Source: Candidatus Omnitrophota bacterium | GTDB lineage: Bacteria; Omnitrophota; Gorgyraeia; Zapsychrales; JAKLDJ01 | Direction: 5' to 3' | Assembly (NCBI GenBank): GCA_022703585.1 | Contig: JAKLDJ010000007.1 | Coordinates: forward strand, 25,338 to 89,337 | DNA length: 64,000 nucleotides | Shown: positions 19,139 to 28,311 of the stretch, one piece after another | How the letters are laid out: each line of letters starts with the position of its first letter | Numbering within the stretch: the first letter of the stretch is position 1 | Program-made: the position numbers and the translations under genes | The notes under the pieces: generated by a model | Database searches by the model: none | Seen by the model: only the letters and a program-made list of their open reading frames with translations | Told to the model about the DNA's origin: nothing

Positions 19139-20962
19139 ATGCCCGGGTTGTTTCTTTTTGATCCACTGTCAATTTTCTTTATTTTTGTTATCGCAATCGT
19201 TTCTTTGCCTTCCGCTGTTTATTCCGTCGGATATTTAAAAGGTGGGGGATCGCGATTTGCAACGACTCTGTCCTGGATTTTATTATGCCTTTTTGTGGCA
19301 TCCATGGGGCTAGTGGTAACGGTTAATAACGTTATCGCCTTTCTCGTTGCCTGGGAAATCATGTCTCTGGTTTCGTATTTTCTGGTTATCGCCGACGCCA
19401 AACACGAGCGCTCCGTCCAGGCGGGCACGATTTATATCATCATGACCCACATCGGCACGGCTTTTTTAGTTGCCGCCTTCATGATCATGGCTAAATATGC
19501 CGGCTCGTTTAATTTTGCCGCCATCAAAAGTGCCTGCCTGGTCATGCCGCCGCAAATTAAAAACATTATTTTCCTGTTACTCTTGGTCGGATTCGGGACC
19601 AAGGCGGGAATAGTTCCTCTCCATATCTGGTTGCCCTATGCCCATCCGCAGGCGCCGAGCCATATCTCTAGCATTATGTCCGGGGTCATGATCAAGACCG
19701 CGATTTACGGCATTATCCGGTTTGTGATTTATCTTTTGAGCGCGGATACGGCTTGGTGGGGAATATTGATTCTGATCTTGGCAATCATTTCCTGTCTGGT
19801 CGGAGTTATTTACGCTCTTATGGAACACGATCTTAAACGGTTACTCGCCTACCACAGCGTCGAGAATATCGGAATCATTCTTCTCGGCGTGGGGCTGTCG
19901 ATGTTTTTTCTGAGCATTCATCTTCCGTACTTGGCTGTATTCTCTTTGATAGCCGGATTGTATCATCTGGTCAATCACGCCATCTTTAAAGGGCTCCTGT
20001 TTCTCTGCGCCGGCAGTGTTTATAAAGCGACAGGCACGCGCGACATCGAAAAGCTCGGGGGGCTCATTAAAAAAATGCCCCAAACCGCCGTCTGTTTTTT
20101 GCTGGGGGCCATGGCGATCTCGGCGCTGCCGCCCTTAAACGGTTTTGTGAGCGAATGGTTGACGCTGCAGGCGTTCTTTTTGGGGGCTTTTAAAGTGACG
20201 GGGGTGAGCAGACTTTTCCTGGGAGTATGCGCAGCTCTGCTTGCCTTAACCGGGGGCCTGGCCGCTGCCTGTTTCGTTAAGGCTTTTGGAATCACATTTT
20301 TAGCCCAGTCCAGAAGCCGTCATGCCGAGGAAGCAAAAGAAGTTTCTTTGTCGATGAAGGTGGGAATGTATTTTCTTTCTTTCCTAACGGTTGCCTTTGG
20401 CCTGGCGGCGGTGCCGGTGATGCGATTGCTGGCTAAGGTTGCGGGCACAGCTACGGATGTCGATACCAAGGGCGTGATCTTTTCTCTTAATAATTTTATT
20501 GTCAATCCGCTGGCAGAAAAAGGTATTTATCTTTCACCACTATGGCTGGCGCTTGTTTTACTCATCCTGGGTGCTATTGCCTTTGCCCTTTTTCTTCTCC
20601 CCGGGCGAAGAAAAGCGGTTAGCTATAGCACCTGGGACTGCGGTTATTATCAATTGGACGCGCGAAACGAATATACCGCTACCGCATTTTCAAAACCTTT
20701 TAGGATCGCCTTTAGCTTCTTTTTGCTTCCGTACCGACGGACACAGAAGATCAGGGAATCGTTTTACCACGTTAAATCTTTCGTCTACGAAACACATACA
20801 ACCCCGGTTTTTCGAAAATATGGTTACGCGCCGGTTTTGGCTCTGGTCTTTGGCATTGCCAAATCCATGCGCCGGATCCAGCCCGGGAGCATTCATTTGT
20901 ATTTGTCGTATATTTTTGTCACCGTTATTTTATTAATTTTATTTATGGGCAGGTTTCATTGA
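19139..20962 (+). CDS. ehrA: Ehr module subunit A: NuoL/MrpA/HyfB-like proton-pumping membrane subunit
   Basis: 607 aa polytopic protein of the NADH-dehydrogenase L/M/N (Mrp antiporter-like) family. Confidence 0.8.
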   Translation: MPGLFLFDPLSIFFIFVIAIVSLPSAVYSVGYLKGGGSRFATTLSWILLCLFVASMGLVVTVNNVIAFLVAWEIMSLVSYFLVIADAKHERSVQAGTIYIIMTHIGTAFLVAAFMIMAKYAGSFNFAAIKSACLVMPPQIKNIIFLLLLVGFGTKAGIVPLHIWLPYAHPQAPSHISSIMSGVMIKTAIYGIIRFVIYLLSADTAWWGILILILAIISCLVGVIYALMEHDLKRLLAYHSVENIGIILLGVGLSMFFLSIHLPYLAVFSLIAGLYHLVNHAIFKGLLFLCAGSVYKATGTRDIEKLGGLIKKMPQTAVCFLLGAMAISALPPLNGFVSEWLTLQAFFLGAFKVTGVSRLFLGVCAALLALTGGLAAACFVKAFGITFLAQSRSRHAEEAKEVSLSMKVGMYFLSFLTVAFGLAAVPVMRLLAKVAGTATDVDTKGVIFSLNNFIVNPLAEKGIYLSPLWLALVLLILGAIAFALFLLPGRRKAVSYSTWDCGYYQLDARNEYTATAFSKPFRIAFSFFLLPYRRTQKIRESFYHVKSFVYETHTTPVFRKYGYAPVLALVFGIAKSMRRIQPGSIHLYLSYIFVTVILLILFMGRFH

Positions 20963-21063
20963 CTTTCTTAGAACCCAAAGAAGCATAAGGTAGTCAATGT
21001 TACCTTTTTCCCGACGAAAATGAATTTTATATCTCTGTTATTGTAAAGAAAAAGGTTAATAAA

Positions 21064-21984
21064 ATGGACATCCTGATTACTATCGCGCAGCTTATTGTCT
21101 TTATTGTGGTCTCGCCTTTTATAAGCGGATTGATCAGCAAAATAAAAAATAATATCCGCATGCGAAAAGGGCAGAGCATCTTTCAGCCGTATTATAATTT
21201 CTTTAAACTTTTCGCCAAAGGCGAGGTAGTTTCCCAAACCGCTTCTTGGATCTTTAAAGTGACCCCTTTTGTGGTGATCGCTTCTTCTTTGGCCGCGGCA
21301 TCACTGGTTCCGGCGCTCATTACCTCCGGGCCTTCCTTTTTCTTGGGGGATTTTCTGGCGCTGATATTTATTCTCGCCCTGGGCCGTTTCTTTATGGCAC
21401 TTGCGGCACTGGACACGGGCAGTGCTTTTGGAGGAATGGGTTCTTCCCGGGAAATGTTTATATCAAGCCTGGTTGAGCCGGCGGTGTGCCTGGTTATTTT
21501 CGCGGTTTCCTTGCAATTCGGCACGACCAATATCGCGTCATTCAGCCACATTCACATGGTGTCCATTTCTTCTCTGGCGGCGGTTGCTGCTTTATTCTTT
21601 GTTGTTATCGCGGAAACCTCGCGCATCCCGGTCGATAATCAGGAAACGCATCTGGAATTGACCATGGTACACGAGGCCATGGTCCTGGAATATTCGGGCC
21701 GGTCGCTGGCGCTTATTGAATTGGCTTCTTACATAAAACAAATGATGTGGTTTTTTCTTATCGCCCAAATTATTTTCCCGATCGCGTTACCGATTTTTGG
21801 AAATGGGGGACAATTTTTCTATTGGTTTTTGTGGTATTTAGCCAGGATTTTAATTATCGCTATTGCCATGGCTGTGGTGGAGGCTTCCGTCGCTAAAATG
21901 CGTTTATTTAGAGTGGCGGATTTTCTAGGCTTCGCGGTTGTTTTGGCAATGGTCGCAACGGTCTGCGCCATTTTAGGAGTCTGA
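21064..21984 (+). CDS. ehrB: Ehr module subunit B: NuoH/HycD/HyfC-like membrane subunit
   Basis: 306 aa; the N-terminal region RMRKGQSIFQPYYNFFKLFAKGEV resembles the NuoH/HycD conserved loop. Confidence 0.75.
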   Translation: MDILITIAQLIVFIVVSPFISGLISKIKNNIRMRKGQSIFQPYYNFFKLFAKGEVVSQTASWIFKVTPFVVIASSLAAASLVPALITSGPSFFLGDFLALIFILALGRFFMALAALDTGSAFGGMGSSREMFISSLVEPAVCLVIFAVSLQFGTTNIASFSHIHMVSISSLAAVAALFFVVIAETSRIPVDNQETHLELTMVHEAMVLEYSGRSLALIELASYIKQMMWFFLIAQIIFPIALPIFGNGGQFFYWFLWYLARILIIAIAMAVVEASVAKMRLFRVADFLGFAVVLAMVATVCAILGV

Positions 21985-21985
21985 T

Positions 21986-22621
21986 ATGCAAGGAATCGTC
22001 CTTTTCGGTGTTTTGGCGTGTACGTACTTGATGGTTATCGCCAAGCGAATGCCGGCTTTGATCCGCAACTTTCGCTATCAATCGTTCTTTTTGTTCTTGG
22101 CAACTTTTGTTACCGCGTTTCAGGAGCGGCAAATCGATTTGTACATCATCGCCGGATTATTGTTCGTGCTTAAGGTCATCGCGATTCCGTATGTTTTGTA
22201 CCGGGTCATCAAAAGGACGAAGGTTAACGAAGACTTAGGATTGTTTGTCAACGCCCAATTGTCGCTTCTCTCCGCCTTAGGGCTGACCTATCTATCCTGG
22301 ATTTTAGCCAGGCATTTGGTTGCCCCGGTTGACCGGGTTGAGGTTTCGACGTTTACGGTGGCTTTATTCATGGTGTCCACCGGGATATTTTTAATGATCC
22401 TGCGCATGACCGCGCTGGCGCAGATCATCGGCTTATTGGTTATGGAAAACGGGCTTTTTCTTTTGGCGTCGATGGTTTCGGGGGGCATGCCGTTTTTTGT
22501 CGAGATCGCCATATTCTTTGATGTCTTTGTGAGCGTTGTTATCATGGGATTTTTTCTTTACCGGATCAATAAACTTTTTACCCATATCGACGTTAATAAG
22601 CTTTCGCGTTTAAAGGGATAA
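21986..22621 (+). CDS. ehrC: Ehr module subunit C: HyfE-like small membrane subunit
   Basis: 211 aa, 6-7 TM, similar in size and hydropathy to hydrogenase-4 subunit HyfE. Confidence 0.6.
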   Translation: MQGIVLFGVLACTYLMVIAKRMPALIRNFRYQSFFLFLATFVTAFQERQIDLYIIAGLLFVLKVIAIPYVLYRVIKRTKVNEDLGLFVNAQLSLLSALGLTYLSWILARHLVAPVDRVEVSTFTVALFMVSTGIFLMILRMTALAQIIGLLVMENGLFLLASMVSGGMPFFVEIAIFFDVFVSVVIMGFFLYRINKLFTHIDVNKLSRLKG

Positions 22622-22625
22622 AGCA

Positions 22626-24083
22626 ATGCTGATATTTTTTATTTTGGGAATTCCGATTCTGCTGGCAGCTGGAGCCTTTTTCTCAAAAAGGCCCAGGGTA
22701 TTCGGAATTATTAATGTCTTTGGCTACTTAAGCATTTTATTGGCTTCAATCGTGCTTTTAAAAGATATTGCCTTTGCCGGCCACACACTTTTCTTCTTTA
22801 GTTTTCTTTATATCGATACTCTAAGCGCGTATTTTATTTTTGTTATCAGTGTGGTTAGCTTTGCCACAGCGCTTTATTCCGTCGGTTATATAGGAAAGGA
22901 TATGCAATCGGGGGCGATATCGGAAAATAAAGCAAAAATGTATTATTTGCTTTTTAATCTGTTTTGCTTTTCGATGTTTTTTGTCCCGGCGGTCAATAAT
23001 TTGGGCATGCTTTGGGTGGCTATTGAAATGACAACGCTGATCTCCGCGTTTTTGGTGGGATTTTATAACACCAAGCAATCGGTGGAAGCAGCCTGGAAAT
23101 ATATTATTATCTGCTCGGTGGGAATTATCTTCGCGCTTTTAGGCACAATCCTTTTTTCTTACGCGTTTTCGCTTGCCGGGGGCGCCAAAAGCCTTAATTG
23201 GACAGATATGGTGGCTGCGGCCGGGGGAATGGATAAAAATATCCTTAAAGTCGCCTTTATCTTTATTCTCGTCGGTTACGGGACCAAGGCGGGTTTGGCT
23301 CCCATGCACACCTGGCTGCCGGACGCGCACAGCCAGGCGGTTACCCCCATTAGCGCGCTTCTTTCCGGGGTTTTATTAAAGACCGCGATTTACGCTATTC
23401 TTAGATTCGGCATCATTGTGATTGAGGGGGTGGGATTTGGGTATTTCAGCCACCTGATGATTTTGCTGGGGTTGATCTCGCTAGGCGTATCCTGCAGCTT
23501 TATTCTGGTTCAAAAAGATTTAAAACGGCTTTTGGCCTACAGCAGCATTGAACATGTCGGAATAATTGCTATCGGCTTAGGGTTAGGCACGCCGCTCGCT
23601 TGGGGTGGCGCTTTATTGCATGTTTTTAATCATGCCGTGACTAAGTCGCTCATGTTTTTTGGCGCCGGGGATATTGTCAGCGCCTACAAAAGGCACAACA
23701 TGAAGATGATTCGCGGGGTTATAAGGGTTTTGCCCTTTGCCGGAGTAATGACGCTGGCAGGCATGTTTGCCTTAACCGGTTTTCCGCCGTTTTCCATTTT
23801 TGTCAGCGAACTCATAATCATTATCGCCGCGTTTACCAAGGGGTCTTACGTCGTGGCTGTCCTGTTTTTGCTATTTATCGCGATTATCTTCGGCGCCTTC
23901 GCCTATCAATTCGGTAAAATGCTTTTTGGCAATCTTCCCAAAGGAATGGCGAAGGCGCCGGAACCTTTAAGCGGAAAGCTGGCGTTCTTATTTTTGTTCG
24001 TTCAAATGCTGGCGGTGGGCGGTGTGGTTCTATTCATGAAGAAGGACTTATTATGGATTGTGCAGGGATTATTAACGAGATAA
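22626..24083 (+). CDS. ehrD: Ehr module subunit D: NuoM/N/HyfF-like antiporter-type membrane subunit
   Basis: 485 aa, NADH dehydrogenase M/N family (…GLAPMHTWLPDAH… motif). Confidence 0.8.
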   Translation: MLIFFILGIPILLAAGAFFSKRPRVFGIINVFGYLSILLASIVLLKDIAFAGHTLFFFSFLYIDTLSAYFIFVISVVSFATALYSVGYIGKDMQSGAISENKAKMYYLLFNLFCFSMFFVPAVNNLGMLWVAIEMTTLISAFLVGFYNTKQSVEAAWKYIIICSVGIIFALLGTILFSYAFSLAGGAKSLNWTDMVAAAGGMDKNILKVAFIFILVGYGTKAGLAPMHTWLPDAHSQAVTPISALLSGVLLKTAIYAILRFGIIVIEGVGFGYFSHLMILLGLISLGVSCSFILVQKDLKRLLAYSSIEHVGIIAIGLGLGTPLAWGGALLHVFNHAVTKSLMFFGAGDIVSAYKRHNMKMIRGVIRVLPFAGVMTLAGMFALTGFPPFSIFVSELIIIIAAFTKGSYVVAVLFLLFIAIIFGAFAYQFGKMLFGNLPKGMAKAPEPLSGKLAFLFLFVQMLAVGGVVLFMKKDLLWIVQGLLTR

Positions 24084-25642
24084 AAGCAAAATTTCCCGGT
24101 TTTTCTGTGATTAGCGCGGTGCAGAATTACCCGGATGAGATTTGCCTGTATGTCCGGCCGGAGATCTTTAAAGACACCTGTCTGGTCTTGCATAAAATTC
24201 TTTTATCTCCGGTAAAAATGCTTTTTGCCCTGGATGAACGCAAGATGGCGAATAAATTTACAGTCCACTGCGTTTTTCTCAGTGCGAAAAGCGGTCAATG
24301 GGTCACGGTTGCTATTGATGTCCCGGCCGAAAATCCCTGTTTTGATTCGTTGGCAAAAAGCATTTATTCGGCCAGCCTTTTTGAACGTGAAATTTATGAA
24401 ATGTTTGGCATCAAGCCCGAGGGGAATCCTGATTTGAGGCGGCTTCGTTTGCATGATGAGGTTTGGCCGCAGGGAAGTTTCCCTTTGCGCAAAGATTTTG
24501 CGGGCGCGCCAAAAAATATTTCAGCAGAGAATTTACCCGCCTACAAATTCTCTAAAGTCGAAGGCAACGGCATCTTTGAAGTCCCGGTTGGCCCGGTGCA
24601 CGCCGGGATCATCGGGCCGGGGCATTTTCGTTTTAGCGTTGCCGGAGAACCGATCATTAATCTGGAGATCAGGCTCGGCTTTACCCACCGGGGAGTTGAA
24701 AAACTTTTTGAAGGAAAATTTTTAACGCAAGCGCTGCGCCTCGCGGAAAGCGTTGACGGAGAATCAGCATTCGCTCATAGTCTCGCTTTTACCCAGGCCG
24801 CGGAAAAGATTGCCGGGATTTCCATTTCTCTTCAGGCGGCTTACGCCCGGGCAATATTTTTGGAGCTTGAGCGGATGTATAATCACGCCAATGATATCGG
24901 CGGCATTGCCGTTGATGTGGGTTTTAGTTTTCCGGCAGCCATTGCCTCGATCATTAAGGAATCTATTTTGCAATTGAATGAAAAGTTAACCGGCAGCCGG
25001 TATTTAAAGGGGATTAATACTGTTGGGGGAGTTTTAAGGAGCCCGGAGGAACATGAAATAAGAATGGTTTCTGGCTTTTTAAAAGAGATCAAAAAAGATT
25101 TTAACCAGCTTGCCAAAATCCTTACGACAAGCGTTTCGTTTATGGATAGGGTGGACACAACCGGCGTATTAAAGAAGAAAACCGCCGAGGACATCGGGGT
25201 TGCGGGTTTGGCAGGCCGCGCTTGCGGGATCGCTTTGGATCTAAGGAAAAATTTTGCGGGTGTTTACCACGAGGCCAAATTTAAAATGGCTGTGGAGCAA
25301 AGCGGCGATGTCCTGGCCCGGTTAAGGGTAAGGATCGCCGAATTTGAGGAATCAATGCGGTTGGTTGAGTTCTTTTTAAGTAAAATCACCCCCGGCGAAA
25401 CAGCCTTTCCTCAGCCGCAACGAAAAGAAGGAGAAGCCTTAGGTTTCGCGGAAAGCTGGAGGGGGCCGGTTTTGTATTGGCTTAAAACCGATTGTAACGG
25501 CGCAATCGAGCGCTGCAAGATCGTCGACGCCTCTTTTTGCAACTGGCAGGGCTTGTCCTACGCGGTTTTAGGAAATATTATTCCCGATTTTCCACTATGC
25601 AATAAGAGTTTTGACCTTTCGTACCCGGGTAACGACTTATAG
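24053..25642 (+). CDS. ehrL: Ehr 'large subunit': NuoC-NuoD (HycE-like) fusion lacking both Ni-Fe cysteine motifs
   Basis: The N-terminal half is NuoC-like (SLFEREIYEMFGIKPEGNPDLRRL). The C-terminal half is NuoD/HycE-like (VPVGPVHAGIIGPGHFRFSVAGEPIINLEIRLGFTHRGVEKLFEGKF). Where MbhL has ERxCGxCxxxH this protein has AESVDGESAFAHS, and the C-terminus has DASFCN instead of DPCxxCxxR. Confidence 0.8.
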   Translation: MDCAGIINEIKAKFPGFSVISAVQNYPDEICLYVRPEIFKDTCLVLHKILLSPVKMLFALDERKMANKFTVHCVFLSAKSGQWVTVAIDVPAENPCFDSLAKSIYSASLFEREIYEMFGIKPEGNPDLRRLRLHDEVWPQGSFPLRKDFAGAPKNISAENLPAYKFSKVEGNGIFEVPVGPVHAGIIGPGHFRFSVAGEPIINLEIRLGFTHRGVEKLFEGKFLTQALRLAESVDGESAFAHSLAFTQAAEKIAGISISLQAAYARAIFLELERMYNHANDIGGIAVDVGFSFPAAIASIIKESILQLNEKLTGSRYLKGINTVGGVLRSPEEHEIRMVSGFLKEIKKDFNQLAKILTTSVSFMDRVDTTGVLKKKTAEDIGVAGLAGRACGIALDLRKNFAGVYHEAKFKMAVEQSGDVLARLRVRIAEFEESMRLVEFFLSKITPGETAFPQPQRKEGEALGFAESWRGPVLYWLKTDCNGAIERCKIVDASFCNWQGLSYAVLGNIIPDFPLCNKSFDLSYPGNDL

Positions 25643-25666
25643 ATAATTAATTATGCTGGTATTTAA

Positions 25667-25747
25667 CACAGATTCTCACAGATCAAACACAGATGGCCAC
25701 AGATAAAACTATCTGTGAATATCTGTTTAGATCTGTGTCTATCTGTG
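25667..25747. repeat. Dyad-symmetric heptamer array: four CACAGAT followed by four ATCTGTG
   Basis: Reads cacagattctcacagatcaaacacagatggccacagataaaactatctgtgaatatctgtttagatctgtgtctatctgtg. It sits in a 157-nt gap between ehrL and ehrS. Confidence 0.8.
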
Positions 25748-25799
25748 CTCAATAAGAGCAAAAGTAAATCGACATTATAAACTTATAGGATTTTTTGCC

Positions 25800-26315
25800 A
25801 TGTATCGAATATTAAAATATAGAATGCTCAAAGGAATTGTCACCCGGCATATTGCGCCCGAAGCTTTGGGCGAAATCGAATCAACCGGCAAAGAGCTTAA
25901 GACTTTGATCCGCAAGAAATTCGGTAAATCCTTGCATATCCGCGAGGTCGATACTGGCTCGTGCAATGCCTGCGAATCCGAAATTATTTCGGCCAATAAT
26001 CCTATTTATGACCTGCAGCGATTTGGCATCAATTTTGTGGCGTCCCCGCGGCACGCCGATGCCCTTCTTGTGACGGGACCGGTTTCCAAGAATATGCTTT
26101 TGGCTTTAAAGAAAACCTACGACGCCATGCCGGAACCGAAATTCGTCATTACCGTCGGCGATTGCGCCTTGGATTGCGGTGTTTTTAAAGGCTCTTACTA
26201 CACCGCGGGCGCTGTCGCCCAAATCCTCCCCGTCGCCCTTCACATCCCGGGGTGCCCGCCGAGTCCCTCAGCTATCATTAAATCGCTGCTTGCATTCTTG
26301 AGGCAGCATGATTAG
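25800..26315 (+). CDS. ehrS: Ehr small subunit: NuoB / hydrogenase small-subunit-like protein with retained Fe-S cysteines
   Basis: 171 aa with Cys in GSCNACESE, VGDCALDCG and IPGCPPSP, matching the NuoB/MbhJ cluster-ligand pattern. Confidence 0.8.
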   Translation: MYRILKYRMLKGIVTRHIAPEALGEIESTGKELKTLIRKKFGKSLHIREVDTGSCNACESEIISANNPIYDLQRFGINFVASPRHADALLVTGPVSKNMLLALKKTYDAMPEPKFVITVGDCALDCGVFKGSYYTAGAVAQILPVALHIPGCPPSPSAIIKSLLAFLRQHD

Positions 26316-26319
26316 CAAG

Positions 26320-26620
26320 CTCCAATAACCAAGATACAAATCCCAAACAATATTCAATAAGTAAATTCCAATGACCAAACACGGTTTGGTTATTGGGGAT
26401 TGGGTATTGAAATTTGTTTGTATCTTGTTTCTTGGAATTTGTATCTTAACAAACCTAGGGCATAGGTTACGGTTAGGGTTAGGATGCCCGTATCGGTTAC
26501 GTTTAGCGGTTAGGTCAAAACTTTAGGCCGAATGCCGTTACCGAAAGACGATACGGGCTTCGTAACCGTTACCTTTACCGAGTAACGATACGGGCTTCGT
26601 TACCGTAACCGAAAGACTTT
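26320..26620. repeat. Repeat-dense non-coding block: imperfect palindromes, telomere-like GGTTAG hexamers, two ~25-nt direct repeats
   Basis: ccaataacc/ggttattgg; caagatacaaat with two copies of its reverse complement atttgtatctt; ggttacggttagggttagg; gcccgtatcg inverted relative to two copies of cgatacgggcttcgt(a/t)accgt(t/a)acc, flanked by ccgaaagac. No ORF support. Confidence 0.7.
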
Positions 26621-26787
26621 ATTTGACAAAATTCTCCCAGAGGCGTAGCCTATGAATTAAGTATTGTGTCCCCGGAATTCAGATTCCCGTTTACGGAATT
26701 CCGAATAAATTAGACCGTTTCTCAATAAACATTTGCAGGATATAGGGTTTTGGCAAAAATATCCCCGGAAATCTTGGGATCTTAAAT

Positions 26788-27639
26788 ATGTCAAAATTAG
26801 AATTTATTTCAAGCGCATCGGATTTCAACCTTACCGATGCTTTCTATTTGTCCAAAATTTCGGAATTAGTCTATGAAGATTTGGACAAGATTGAGGATGT
26901 TCTTAAGGAAGAGTATGGTTTATCAAAATACAAACCATTCGAGGTGAAAGAAACAGATACGCAAGCTTTTCTAGCATCTAATGAGGATATTTTAGTGCTG
27001 GCCTTTAGAGGAACTACTTCATGGGCTGACTGGATGACTAATTTCAAAATAGTAATGGTTTCGTCTAGCGTAGGGAAAGTTCATTCTGGCTTTGCTCGGT
27101 CTTTAAATTCGATTTGGGATGATGTAAACGATTCTATTCTTTCTGGGAAGGATAGAAATCAAACTCTTTGGGTTGCTGGTCATAGTTTAGGTGGGGCGTT
27201 GGCTACGTTGGCTGTCGATAGATTAACTGAAGAAAATTCAGAAATAGTTGATGGTTTGTATACATTTGGACAACCTAGAGTGGGGGATAAACAGTTCGCC
27301 GATAACTTTGACAGGAAGATGAAGCGGCATGCTTTTCGTTTAGTTGATGATGAAGACATTGTAACGAAGATACCCATACCTCCGGGCTATCGTCACATAG
27401 GAACGGAGTACTTTATTAACAATAAAGGTCTGCTGTCTAAGAATAATAATTTCTGGGAGTGGTTTAGGAGTTGCTCGGAATCGGTAGCAATACGTTCAAG
27501 CGACGATGCAAACAAATATCGGGCACAAAACCCAGGGGGGATAAGAGATCACGGTGCTAGTTATTATTCTAAATACTTGTATCAAAATTTACAAAAGAAG
27601 AGAAAGAGTCCTTTTTTAAGCTACATCAATGGGGCGTAG
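26788..27639 (+). CDS. Lipase class 3 (alpha/beta-hydrolase) family protein, no signal peptide
   Basis: Nucleophile elbow LWVAGHSLGGALATLAV and the Lipase_3 core (YTFGQPRVGD). The gene is markedly AT-rich compared with its neighbours. Confidence 0.8.
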   Translation: MSKLEFISSASDFNLTDAFYLSKISELVYEDLDKIEDVLKEEYGLSKYKPFEVKETDTQAFLASNEDILVLAFRGTTSWADWMTNFKIVMVSSSVGKVHSGFARSLNSIWDDVNDSILSGKDRNQTLWVAGHSLGGALATLAVDRLTEENSEIVDGLYTFGQPRVGDKQFADNFDRKMKRHAFRLVDDEDIVTKIPIPPGYRHIGTEYFINNKGLLSKNNNFWEWFRSCSESVAIRSSDDANKYRAQNPGGIRDHGASYYSKYLYQNLQKKRKSPFLSYINGA

Positions 27640-27741
27640 CATGAAATGTTCCGGGGGCACACCTTAACCCTTCGACAAACTCAGGGTAAATGTTTCACGT
27701 TAAGAAGTGTTCGCTAACGCTCGCTGTAATACTTAATTAAA

Positions 27742-28206
27742 ATGAAAAATAATCTCGTATCTATTTATGTTGCACATGACATTCTCGAACTGAATGGGGT
27801 AAAAGACGTTTTAGAGAAGAACGGCATTGCTGTCGTGATTCGTGCCTATGAGGACAGCGCATTTAAAGAGATTTTTAAACCGCAGTACGGCGCGGGGGAA
27901 TTGCTGGTCGCTAGCGACAGAGAGACGGAAGCAAAGAAAATCATAAACGACTATCTCCAAGCAGAAAAACAATTGATGCTTCCGGAAGACGAAAAGCCTA
28001 AGAATTGTTTCGATGATATAAAGAAAAAAGGCAGGCAATCTGCAGTTATTGTTCCAGTAGTGGTTTCTATTATTTTTATGGCATTGGGGATTTTGTTTGT
28101 AGTATACGGAAATATGGCCGGAAGAGTTTGCGGCGGGATATGCCTGTCTTTTTCGTTGGCAGCTATTTGGATTTCCCATCTGAATGCTATGGACAATCGA
28201 AATTAG
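27742..28206 (+). CDS. DUF2007-like (putative signal-transducing) domain protein with a C-terminal TM anchor
   Basis: N-terminal domain MKNNLVSIYVAHDILELNGVKDVLEKNGIAVVIRAYED with a C-terminal hydrophobic helix (AVIVPVVVSIIFMALGILFVVYG). AT-rich. Confidence 0.55.
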   Translation: MKNNLVSIYVAHDILELNGVKDVLEKNGIAVVIRAYEDSAFKEIFKPQYGAGELLVASDRETEAKKIINDYLQAEKQLMLPEDEKPKNCFDDIKKKGRQSAVIVPVVVSIIFMALGILFVVYGNMAGRVCGGICLSFSLAAIWISHLNAMDNRN

Positions 28207-28311
28207 ATGGAATCCCGGTGACACCGGAATTTGAGGGAGTTAAAAAAACGTGCCGGGTACAAATTAGGGGCAGGGTGATTCCCGGGAATCATAGAGGTAA
28301 TTCTACGAAAA

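Noticed and set aside
21400-21420. A TGGCAC…TTGC-like sequence resembling a sigma54 -24/-12 element
   Set aside because: It lies inside the ehrB coding region with the wrong spacing and no downstream gene start.
26471-26486. A telomere-like (TTAGGG)2 run
   Set aside because: It is only two units long and sits inside a bacterial intergenic repeat block, so it is coincidental hexamer repetition and not a telomere.
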